A stretch of DNA of 64,000 bases from Armatimonadota bacterium (lineage in GTDB: Bacteria; Armatimonadota; SYMT01), in NCBI GenBank assembly GCA_046292385.1, contig JBKBRF010000002.1, positions 235,653 through 299,652 of the forward strand, given 5' to 3'. The translations under genes and the position numbers were made by a program. This document shows positions 38,784 to 47,524 of this stretch, one piece after another; positions within the stretch are counted from its first letter, which is position 1; each line of letters opens with the position of its first letter. The notes under the pieces were generated by a model, which saw only the letters and a program-made list of their open reading frames with translations, ran no database searches and had not been told where the DNA came from.

Positions 38784-39467
38784 ATGATGACCCGGCGGAA
38801 CCGAAGTGCCATCTTCCTGATGTGCGGAGCCCTGGTACTGGGCTCCGTGGCTCCCGCCCTGGCGGGGAAGGGCGGCGGGGGCGGCCGTGGCGGCGGCGGA
38901 GGCGGCGGCCGCTCCGGCGGCGGTCTTCGGAACCCGTTCCAGCGCCGGGGGCAGCCCAATCCGCCGCGCACCGGGCGTCCCCACCACCGGCCTGGAGACG
39001 GAGGCGGGAACCGGGGCGGGGGTCGTGGACGCGACCGCCACCACCATCACCCGGGCCGCCGGTTCTATCGCTGGTCGCCCTGGTCGCTCGGCCTCTTCGG
39101 CGGCTACGGCGGCCTGGGGCTCGGCTTCGGCTACTACCGGAGTCCGTTCTACGACCCGTTCTACAGCCCGTACTACTACTCCGGCATGGACCGGGAGTCG
39201 CGGGAGGATGAGGTCGGCTCCGGCAACGTGATCGTGAACGTGAAGCCGAGCAACGCCTCGGTCTACGTGGACGGCCTGCTCTACAGCAGCAAGGGCAAGA
39301 CGCGGTTCAACCTGCCGGTCGGCACCTGGAAGCTGGAGCTCCGCGCTCCCGGCTATCTGCCGCAGACGATCGAGCTCCGCGTCGAACAGGGCGTGGAGTA
39401 CAAGATCGAGCGGAAGCTGGAGAAGGAGCCGGCACTGGAGCAGCCGCGCCGGAAGGAACGCGTCTAG
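38784..39467 (+). CDS. Secreted PEGA-domain protein with Gly/Arg/His- and Tyr-rich N-terminus
   Basis: Signal peptide; VNVKPSNASVYVDG...LPVGTWKLELRAPGY. Confidence 0.8.
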   Translation: MMTRRNRSAIFLMCGALVLGSVAPALAGKGGGGGRGGGGGGGRSGGGLRNPFQRRGQPNPPRTGRPHHRPGDGGGNRGGGRGRDRHHHHPGRRFYRWSPWSLGLFGGYGGLGLGFGYYRSPFYDPFYSPYYYSGMDRESREDEVGSGNVIVNVKPSNASVYVDGLLYSSKGKTRFNLPVGTWKLELRAPGYLPQTIELRVEQGVEYKIERKLEKEPALEQPRRKERV

Positions 39468-39540
39468 TCGGCTTCCGGTGCCGCCAGGATGGCAGCGGGT
39501 CAGGGCGGGGCGTTACGCCCCACGCTGGGACCGGGGAGCG

Positions 39541-41109
39541 TCAGCTGCTCGGCTCTCCCCACCCGCCGCCGCCGGGGGTCTCGATCGAGAGGCGGTCGCC
39601 AGGGGCGAGGGAAACCTCCGCCTTGCCGGGCAGGTCTCTCCACTTGCCGTCCCGGCAGACCCGGTTCCGCCCGCGGCTGCCCGGACCTCCCCCCTGCAGG
39701 CCGTAAGGAGCCCGGTCGCGCCGCTCCCCAATGAGCACGGCCCGTGCGGATCCGGTCGCCTCCAGCTCTCGCACCACCCCGTCCCCACCGCGGTGCCGCC
39801 CCTCCCCACCGGAGCCCTCACGCAAGGCGTAGCGCCGGACGCGCAGCGGGTAGTGGTACTCCAGCGCTTCCGCCGGGGTGTTGCGGGTGTTGCTCATGTG
39901 GCAGTGGATCCCGGAGACGGCGTCGCGGCCCGGACCGGCGCCCGCGCCGCCGCCGAGCGTCTCGTAATAGGCCCACGGCTCCCCGTGTCGCGGATCGATC
40001 CCGCCGAGCGTCAGGTTGTTCATGGTGCCCTGGCTCGCCGCCGGCAGGCGGTCCGGGAATGCCTGCGCCAGCGCGCCCAGGACGACGTCGGTGATCCGCT
40101 GGCTGGTCTCCACGTTGCCGGCGGCGACGGAGGCGGGAGGGCGGGGATTGACGAGCGATCCTTCCGGGGCGACGATCCGGATCGGCTCCAGCGCCCCCTG
40201 GTTCAGCTCGACGTGGCGCGGGAGCAGGCAGATCAGGGAGTAGTAGACGGCGGAGCAGGTGACGGCGAACGGCGCGTTGACTGACCCCGGCTGCTGCGCC
40301 GCGGTCCCGGTGAAGTCGACCACCACACCCCGGCCGGAGCGCTCCACGGATACCCGGACCGGAAGCGGTCCGCTCCCCCGGCCGTCGTCGTCCAGCACGT
40401 CTTCGAACCGCAGGGTCCCGGCGGGTAACCCGGCAATCACGCGCTCCACGGCGCGAGCGGTGCGCCGGCGGGCCGCCGCCGCGCGGGCGCGCAGCTGGGC
40501 GGCGCCGTAGCGCTCCAGCAGCTCTCCGAAGCGCCGAAGGCCGGTCTCGTTGGCGGCGAGCTGAGCGTCGAAATCGCCGCGGCGCTCCCGAGGCGTGCGA
40601 ACGTTCCGGCAGATCAGCTCGAGCAGCTCTTCATTGAGACGGCCGCGCTCCAGCAGCCGGAGGGGCGGGATGATCACGCCTTCCTGGTAGATCTCCGTGG
40701 TGGCGGAGAGGGAGCCGGGGCTGGCCCCTCCCACGTCGGCGTGGTGCGCGCGGTTTGCCACGAAGCCGACCAGGCGGCGGGAGGCGGTGAAGACGGGGGA
40801 GACGAGGCTGATATCCGGGAGATGCGTGCCGCCGACGAACGGATCGTTGCAGATCACGGCGTCGCCGGGTCGCCACCGGAATCGCGGCACCAGGTGAGCC
40901 ATCAGGATGGGGAAGGCGCCGAGGTGCACCGGGATGTGCTCCGCCTGCGCCAGGAGGCGACCGGCGGCGTCGAAGATGGCGCAGGAGTGATCGCGGCGCT
41001 CCTTGATGTTGGGCGAGAAGGCGGTCCGCTCCAGCGTGACCCCCATCTCCTCCGCGATGGAGGCGAACAGGTGGCGGAAGACTTCGTCGGCGACGGGATC
41101 GGCGGGCAT
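39541..41109 (-). CDS. Hydantoinase B / oxoprolinase family protein
   Basis: [65 protein letters not shown]. Confidence 0.93.
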   Translation of the reverse strand: MPADPVADEVFRHLFASIAEEMGVTLERTAFSPNIKERRDHSCAIFDAAGRLLAQAEHIPVHLGAFPILMAHLVPRFRWRPGDAVICNDPFVGGTHLPDISLVSPVFTASRRLVGFVANRAHHADVGGASPGSLSATTEIYQEGVIIPPLRLLERGRLNEELLELICRNVRTPRERRGDFDAQLAANETGLRRFGELLERYGAAQLRARAAAARRRTARAVERVIAGLPAGTLRFEDVLDDDGRGSGPLPVRVSVERSGRGVVVDFTGTAAQQPGSVNAPFAVTCSAVYYSLICLLPRHVELNQGALEPIRIVAPEGSLVNPRPPASVAAGNVETSQRITDVVLGALAQAFPDRLPAASQGTMNNLTLGGIDPRHGEPWAYYETLGGGAGAGPGRDAVSGIHCHMSNTRNTPAEALEYHYPLRVRRYALREGSGGEGRHRGGDGVVRELEATGSARAVLIGERRDRAPYGLQGGGPGSRGRNRVCRDGKWRDLPGKAEVSLAPGDRLSIETPGGGGWGEPSS

Positions 41110-41193
41110 CAGTCTGAAGGGCTAAGCGGCGAGGGCCCCGGGCGGATCACTCCGCCGGGGCCCTCGACTCCTCTTTCGACGGAACGGCGCAGC

Positions 41194-42387
41194 CTAGAGG
41201 AGGAAGCTGACGCCGACCAGGAAGGCCGCGAGGCCGAGCCAGGACGGGATTTTGATGCCGGAGCGATCCCGTCGCTCCCGCACTTCCGCCTTGGCATAGC
41301 CATACGGCACCGGCTCTCCGGCCTGGTCCGCCACCGCCTTCACGGCGTTGGGGTCGGGGGCAGGCGCCGGGGCTACGGTCTCGCCGGGAGCAGCGGGGGC
41401 AGCCGGCGGCTGCGCGACCGCTTCACCGGCCGGGGCCGCGGTCTTCACATCGGCGTCGCGCCCGTTCTCTACCGCCGCCGCACGCTCCGGAGCAGCCTGG
41501 CGCCGCTCGCGCGGGGTGCGCCGACCGCCGCGTCGCCGAGAATCCTCGTCGGTGGCGGCAGGCGGGGGCGGAGTAACGAGCTGAATGCCGAGCGCCGGGT
41601 AGAGCCGATGGGCGGCGTCGGTGACGGCGCGGTCGATCACCAGCGTCTGGGCTACCCCTTCGGTGCCCTGAGCGGCGCCGGAGACGACACCGGCGCGGAT
41701 CACGTCGGCAGTGGTGCTATTGACGAGCTGTGCGTCGATCGTCACCTCCGCGCGGTTGGCCGCGGCATCGATGTTCGGCTCGATCGTGCCGATGAGGACC
41801 GCCTGAATCCCCAGCCGGTGCGCGATGAGGCGCGCCTTCTCCGGATCGATCTCACCGGAGGCGGAGTAGAGATCCTGCAGATGCGCCGGCTCCAGCACCC
41901 CCTGGTTGCGGCCGCGCACGACGAGCGCCGAGCGAGGATGATAGGTCTGCACCTCGTAAGCCGGGGTGGCCAGGAGCGCCGCCTTGACCGCCGCCGTGGC
42001 GCGGGCGGCGAGCTGCCGCTGCTCCGTGGTGAGCGTGGTCGATTCTTCCGGCGGGGCGCCCTGCACGGTCACGCGGTGCTGCAGAGCGCCTTCCGGCGCC
42101 GGCTCCGGAGCCGCATCGCTCGGGAAGCCGAAGGGGAACACCATCACGGAGATGGGCTGCCCCGGAACGATGGGCGTCGGCGGAAGGTAGGTGCCGACGG
42201 GCCCCGCGGGACCACCGCCGAGGCCGCCGAAGGGGCTGCCCGGAGCGGGCGCGGGGGCGGCGGGGGTGCCGCCCGCAGGCGGGGACAGCGGTCCCTCTGA
42301 AGGCGGCTGCTGCGCGCGGCCGGCCGTCGGTGCGAAGAGCACCGCTCCGATTGCGCCGGACAGCAACCACCGATGCGCGATCCTCAT
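41194..42387 (-). CDS. Exported protein with a CsgG/TolB-N-like alpha/beta domain and C-terminal hydrophobic anchor
   Basis: Signal peptide; ISVMVFPF...ARLIAHRLGIQAVLIGTI...EVTIDAQLVNSTTADVI; ends KIPSWLGLAAFLVGVSFLL. Confidence 0.6.
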   Translation of the reverse strand: MRIAHRWLLSGAIGAVLFAPTAGRAQQPPSEGPLSPPAGGTPAAPAPAPGSPFGGLGGGPAGPVGTYLPPTPIVPGQPISVMVFPFGFPSDAAPEPAPEGALQHRVTVQGAPPEESTTLTTEQRQLAARATAAVKAALLATPAYEVQTYHPRSALVVRGRNQGVLEPAHLQDLYSASGEIDPEKARLIAHRLGIQAVLIGTIEPNIDAAANRAEVTIDAQLVNSTTADVIRAGVVSGAAQGTEGVAQTLVIDRAVTDAAHRLYPALGIQLVTPPPPAATDEDSRRRGGRRTPRERRQAAPERAAAVENGRDADVKTAAPAGEAVAQPPAAPAAPGETVAPAPAPDPNAVKAVADQAGEPVPYGYAKAEVRERRDRSGIKIPSWLGLAAFLVGVSFLL

Positions 42388-42457
42388 TGTGAGTCTCCTG
42401 GGGAGTTTTCGGATGCCGGCGGCTGTCCGCGATCGAACGGCCGCCGGCACCCGGGAT

Positions 42458-44512
42458 TTATTGTTGATTGAAGTTCACGCCCGGACCCTCTGGCTGAGGC
42501 CAGCGGATCCGCCGCTCCGTGTTGGCATAGATCCAGACGCCGCGGCCGGGCTGCAGGATCGAATCCGCTCCCAGCTGCTTGTACTCACGGCGGACGAAGT
42601 CCCACTCGTACAGGCTCGGCCGGATGTCTCCGTTTCGCACCGCCTCCGCATAGCTGCGGAAGCCGGTCGGAGAGAGGATCTGCAGATCCGCCACCCGCAC
42701 CGCGTACGGGCTGGGGTTGCCGATTTGGTTCCAGCCGCGCCGGATCGTCGTCAGGGTATTCTGCGTCGTACCCACTTGCAGCGGGGTTGCGCCCTGGAGA
42801 TCGACGAACTGCGTCGGGAGACCGTTCATCCGAACCCAGTAGGACTGTCCGGGCACGATCTCGTTCACCGTCTCATACTGGTTGATGAGCGGGTTGTAGC
42901 GAAATGCCTGGAAGCTGGTCCGGGGCAGGTTGAACGCGCTCGTCACGCTGTTCTGTCCGCCGTTGAACGTGAACGGGAACGTGAGCATCCGATACTGCGT
43001 GTCGAACTGGTAGCGCCGGCCCTGCGGCACGTTGATCTTACGGACCGCTCGGGCGGAGTCGCCGAACTCGTTCGAGAAGTCGACACTCAGCTCCAGCAAG
43101 CCGGAGACGATGCCGTTCGGCCGCACCTCCCACTGCGCGCGCCGGTTGCCGGTCCCGTCACCGTTCTCCAGGCCGTTCACGAAGCCAATATCCTGGGCCG
43201 GAGACTGCTCGGGATCAACCAGCTCGAGGCCGGTCGGCAGGTTCAGAAACGCGACGGCATTGTAGATCGGGCGCGCATCGAGGTTGTAGACGTCCGCGGA
43301 GACGGTGTCGGAGACCAGGTGGACGTCGCCGCCGTTCACCGGCAGGCCGAAGTCGGTCTGGAGACCGCCGACGTAACCTTCGCCCTCGAGCTCGCCGTCG
43401 GGCTTGGACTGGTAGAACAGGCTCATGCCGTGGTCCACCACTCCGATTCCCGCGTAGGTGACGAAGCTCTTGGTCTGGTTGGTGCTGATCAACTCCGGCT
43501 CGAAGTACATCAGAGTACCGATATCGGAGATGTCGAGCCGCTGCGCCGGCCGCGTGGGCCAGTCGTACTGCGCATTCGCGATCGCCCACGGGAAGATGTC
43601 GAGCATGTTCCCGAAGATCACCTTGCTGGGGGTGGTGGCGTCGTTACCCCGCAAAATGCCCTTGGCGACGAAGATCGGGTCATCGCGAAGGTCGAGCACC
43701 AGGTAGTCGTTGGGGATCTGGGCACCGCGGAGCTCCGTCTCAAACCGAATGCGCTGGCGCGTATCCGGAATGAAGACCGAGCTGTCCGAGATGCTGGTCG
43801 ACGGCAGGGGGTTCGGGTTGCTCCGGCGGCCGCCGGCGTTGTCCGTGTAGGGCGCGATGATCAGCCGGGCGCCGACGCGGCGGCTGGAGCCGAGGTTGCG
43901 AACCGCTACCTCCACCCGCACCATGTCCCGGGCGAACTGCACGATCTGGTTCACTTCCAGGTTGATGCCGCTGGCCGAGGGGCCGCCCGATGGGAAGGTG
44001 TAGGGCGTCCAGAAACCGGGTGCGTTGCCTTCGATCGGCGGCAGCGGGATCACCGGCGGGAAGTAGACCTGGTCGCCGTCCTCAGGGAACTGATAGTCCG
44101 TGAATCCGTTTGCCGAGGCGGGGTCCTGGACGTGCAGCGTCAGGTGATTCGCGTACATCCGCTCTTCACCCGAGTTACCAATGCGCTGGTTGGGCCGCAG
44201 CCCGTTCAGAACCATGCTGCCCCACGGCCAGACGAGGTTATTGTCGTTGTCTACAGCGAAGGCGAGGTCATCGCGCTCGTCTTCGAGGTTCCCCTGGTTG
44301 GTCCAGAGCTGGAAACGCGAGATGTCGTCTCCGGAGTGGTACATGAAGAGGACAACGTACGGATTGACGAGTGGGGGAAAGGAGTCGTCCCACCAATCCG
44401 GGTTGTTGCCGCCTCCCTGGGCCCGGGCGCTCTGCGCCAGCGGCACGAGCGCTACCAGCGCCAGGGCCGCCGCGGCAAAGACGCGGCCTAGCTTTCGTCG
44501 CCTGGGACTCAT
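42458..44512 (-). CDS. Secreted beta-rich hypothetical protein with C-terminal 'GWN' domain
   Basis: Signal peptide ending ..ARAQ; C-terminal PGQSYWVR...RGWNQIGNPSPY...LQPGRGVWIY. Confidence 0.75.
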   Translation of the reverse strand: MSPRRRKLGRVFAAAALALVALVPLAQSARAQGGGNNPDWWDDSFPPLVNPYVVLFMYHSGDDISRFQLWTNQGNLEDERDDLAFAVDNDNNLVWPWGSMVLNGLRPNQRIGNSGEERMYANHLTLHVQDPASANGFTDYQFPEDGDQVYFPPVIPLPPIEGNAPGFWTPYTFPSGGPSASGINLEVNQIVQFARDMVRVEVAVRNLGSSRRVGARLIIAPYTDNAGGRRSNPNPLPSTSISDSSVFIPDTRQRIRFETELRGAQIPNDYLVLDLRDDPIFVAKGILRGNDATTPSKVIFGNMLDIFPWAIANAQYDWPTRPAQRLDISDIGTLMYFEPELISTNQTKSFVTYAGIGVVDHGMSLFYQSKPDGELEGEGYVGGLQTDFGLPVNGGDVHLVSDTVSADVYNLDARPIYNAVAFLNLPTGLELVDPEQSPAQDIGFVNGLENGDGTGNRRAQWEVRPNGIVSGLLELSVDFSNEFGDSARAVRKINVPQGRRYQFDTQYRMLTFPFTFNGGQNSVTSAFNLPRTSFQAFRYNPLINQYETVNEIVPGQSYWVRMNGLPTQFVDLQGATPLQVGTTQNTLTTIRRGWNQIGNPSPYAVRVADLQILSPTGFRSYAEAVRNGDIRPSLYEWDFVRREYKQLGADSILQPGRGVWIYANTERRIRWPQPEGPGVNFNQQ

Positions 44513-44615
44513 TCAAGCATCTCCAATACCGGAAGCTCCGCTGCGGAGGGAGCTGGAGGGCGAGCCTCCGGGGGGAGACCCTCCGCAGCGAGTTGTGTGC
44601 GGGTGATGGTGTGGA

Positions 44616-47420
44616 TCAGGCGCCCTTCGCTACCACAGAGAGGCGCTGCACGCCGCTTTGTGCCGGCGTGAGCTCGACGGACCCTTTGCGCGTCAGCTTG
44701 TGAAGCTTCGAGCTACCGGGGACCTTCAGATAGGCTTCCGTGTGGGCGGGGAACGCATCCCACGTCAGTTTGACGGGGGTACCGGGCTCAGAAGTTTCCA
44801 CCTCTACCGTCCACGACTGGGTCTTTTTGCTGCGGTCCCGCAGGTCCCAGGCGTAGTGGCCGCTGTGCGCTCCCCAGTCGCGGTTCGCGATCCGGATGTT
44901 CGCGGGCGCCAGGGCGGGGGGGGGCGTCTCCACGTCTTCGGGTCCGAAGCCGTTACGAGCCCTGGCGGCCGCCCCCACCTTAACCTCGCCGGCGACGGCG
45001 CCGTCCGCGACCAGCTGGAGGTCGGCGGACCAGCCGCGGCCGAGGTTGGAGGCCATGGTCTCGACCTTACCGGTGGAGCTCGTCCGACTGGCGGACGGGA
45101 CCCGCGGCACGATCAGCTCGAGATCCTGGAAGCTCAGGAGCCACTGGCTCTCCCAGTCGATCAGCTCCGCGGTCTCGTAGCGCTGGAACTGGTAGCGCCC
45201 TTCGAGGTAGCGCCACAGCATCGGGCGCATCCAGCCGCGCTCGGCCGCCTCGGCGACGGAGAGCACCTCGTTGCCGCGGCGCACGCTGACCGCTTTCCAG
45301 GAGACCCGGAACGGATACGGGTTACCGAGCATATTCCAGCCGCGGCGCACCGGGATCACGTAGAAGCCGGCCCGTTCCGACTCGCCGAGAAGCTGCGTCT
45401 GGGTGGTGTTCACCACGCGCGCCCAGTAACCAATGCCGATCGGCGGCCGGGCGACGCCGGCGCTATCGGTGGTGAGCGACGCTTCCGGATCCTGCGGAGA
45501 GCCGACGATGTCCCAGATCGCGTAGCGGTTGCGCACCGGCAGCCAGCGGGCCAGCCGCACCAGGTTGCCGCCGAACAGGAACGCCAGGCTGTCGGAGCCT
45601 TCCGTCAGCTCGTACGGGACGCTGAACATCTTCAGGCCCGGATACTCGATGTGCGGCCGCACCTGGAAGGTGAAGGATCGGGCAGGGATACGTCCCTCCG
45701 CGGGCCCTTCGAAGCTGCGGATGGCGCCGTCCAGGACCGGGTGCTCGATCTGGAGATCCAGGGAGTTGACGCCGATCTGGTAGGCGGTCTCCGCCTCCGG
45801 GCGGTAGAGAATGGTCCCCGCCCCCGCATCCAGGATTTCGGCGTCGAAGATCTCTTCGCCGTTCTGGATGATTACGAAGTCGTCTTCGGTCAGATCTCCG
45901 GGCGCCGGGCGCACGATGCGCGCGCGGAACGGCTCGCCGAAGCTGGCGGTGATCTCGTTCGGCTCGGGCGAAGTGATGTCGGCCCACTGGGTGACGCGCT
46001 TCAGCGCGGCATCGGCGCTGACCACGCCGAACCCGTACTGCTTGGTGAAACGCCCGAACGGATTGCGGGCGGTTCCGGTCAGCACGCTGCGGAGAAAGTC
46101 GACGCGGTCGCTGGGCACCGCCGTCGGGTCTTCGTCGAGCGCCTCGACCGCTCCCTGGGAAATCAGCGTCGCCAGCAATCCACTCACATAGCCGGCGGAA
46201 AGGCTCGTCCCTTCGGCGTAGGCATAGCCGGGGCCTGCCGGGTTGAAGATGTTGCCGGAGGAGGTGTCGGCGACGAGCACCCGGTTGTTCGGATTGAGGA
46301 ACGTGGGATCGTTGCCTCCCGGCGCCATCAGGTCGAGCTCCGGCCCACCGTTGGAGTAGTAGGCGCGCTCTCCGTTTCGGCCGACCGCACCCACCACGAT
46401 GACGGGGCTGTCCAGGCTGCCGGGGAAGCTCACCGCCGGATCATCAAAGCTCGGGCTGCCGGGGATCCGATCGTTTCCTGCCGCGGTAACTACGACGACT
46501 CCGTCGTTGTACACCTCGTTGATCGCGGCGGCGACCTGCGCGTCCGGGGTCGGGAGCGTGAAGCTCAGGTTGATGATGTCGGCGCCCTGGTCGCGGCTGT
46601 AGTAGATCGCGTCTACCACGGCGCTGGCGACGAAGACCGGCACCGGAACGTTGTTCACGACTACGAAGTCGCCCACGTTGCACGGCAGGAGCGTGACCGC
46701 CTCCCAGGGGAGGCTGGCAATACCGGTGCCGTTGTTGTTGACGGCGGCGATGCAGCTCGCCACCTGAGTGCCGTGGCCATACAGCAGGGAGACGCCGCTG
46801 TCCCCGTCGTAGGGCTCGTCAGCCACGAAGTCGTAGGCGTTGGCGGTGTCGAATACCGGTTGGAGATCCGGGTGATCCAGATCGGGTCCGAAGTCGACCA
46901 GCCCCACGAGCACGTCTTTGCGGGGGCCGTCTACGAAGCGCTCGCCGACGGTGATCCCCCAGACGTTGCGCGCTCCGAGCTGGCTCAGCGCCCACTGCTC
47001 GTTTAGGGCCGGGTCGTTCGGCTCCACTACCGGTAGGGCGGCGGGACGGAAATAGTGGTTGGGCGACGCGATCTGAACGCCGGGCGTCTGCCGCAGCACG
47101 GCGACTGCGTGCTCCAGCGAGGTGCGCACGCCGGAGAGCACGTGCGTGTTCGGCGCGTGGCGAAGCGTCTTCTTTACGGTGAGTCCATGCGCCTGAGCGA
47201 TGGAGCTGATGGATGCGTTCGGAACGAGCCGAACGATGACTTCCCCCGCTGCGGCGAGGGGAATGGCACTCTCCGGCACGGGAGGGTGCTGCGCCTGCCG
47301 GGAGGCCGGCGCGGCGGCGCGCCCTCCGCTCTGCGCCTGGGCACCGATGGAGGTGCAGGCGAGGGTGGCGGCGCCAAGGAGAGCTAGCGAAGATAGATAT
47401 TTAGTGTAAGAGATAGACAT
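44616..47420 (-). CDS. S8 subtilisin-like serine protease with C-terminal beta domains
   Basis: Signal and pro-region; GLVDFG..HPDL (Asp), HGTQVAS (His), AAGN, DLMAPGG, GTSLSAG (Ser); RGWNMLGNPYP domain. Confidence 0.9.
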   Translation of the reverse strand: MSISYTKYLSSLALLGAATLACTSIGAQAQSGGRAAAPASRQAQHPPVPESAIPLAAAGEVIVRLVPNASISSIAQAHGLTVKKTLRHAPNTHVLSGVRTSLEHAVAVLRQTPGVQIASPNHYFRPAALPVVEPNDPALNEQWALSQLGARNVWGITVGERFVDGPRKDVLVGLVDFGPDLDHPDLQPVFDTANAYDFVADEPYDGDSGVSLLYGHGTQVASCIAAVNNNGTGIASLPWEAVTLLPCNVGDFVVVNNVPVPVFVASAVVDAIYYSRDQGADIINLSFTLPTPDAQVAAAINEVYNDGVVVVTAAGNDRIPGSPSFDDPAVSFPGSLDSPVIVVGAVGRNGERAYYSNGGPELDLMAPGGNDPTFLNPNNRVLVADTSSGNIFNPAGPGYAYAEGTSLSAGYVSGLLATLISQGAVEALDEDPTAVPSDRVDFLRSVLTGTARNPFGRFTKQYGFGVVSADAALKRVTQWADITSPEPNEITASFGEPFRARIVRPAPGDLTEDDFVIIQNGEEIFDAEILDAGAGTILYRPEAETAYQIGVNSLDLQIEHPVLDGAIRSFEGPAEGRIPARSFTFQVRPHIEYPGLKMFSVPYELTEGSDSLAFLFGGNLVRLARWLPVRNRYAIWDIVGSPQDPEASLTTDSAGVARPPIGIGYWARVVNTTQTQLLGESERAGFYVIPVRRGWNMLGNPYPFRVSWKAVSVRRGNEVLSVAEAAERGWMRPMLWRYLEGRYQFQRYETAELIDWESQWLLSFQDLELIVPRVPSASRTSSTGKVETMASNLGRGWSADLQLVADGAVAGEVKVGAAARARNGFGPEDVETPPPALAPANIRIANRDWGAHSGHYAWDLRDRSKKTQSWTVEVETSEPGTPVKLTWDAFPAHTEAYLKVPGSSKLHKLTRKGSVELTPAQSGVQRLSVVAKGA

Positions 47421-47524
47421 CCACCAACTCCTGGTCTAAACGGCGGCGGTGGGGAGCCGAGGGGGAGAAGGGGTACCCGCCGCCCCGGGGTGCGGGGCGG
47501 CGGGACAGCGGGGAGAGGGAGCAA

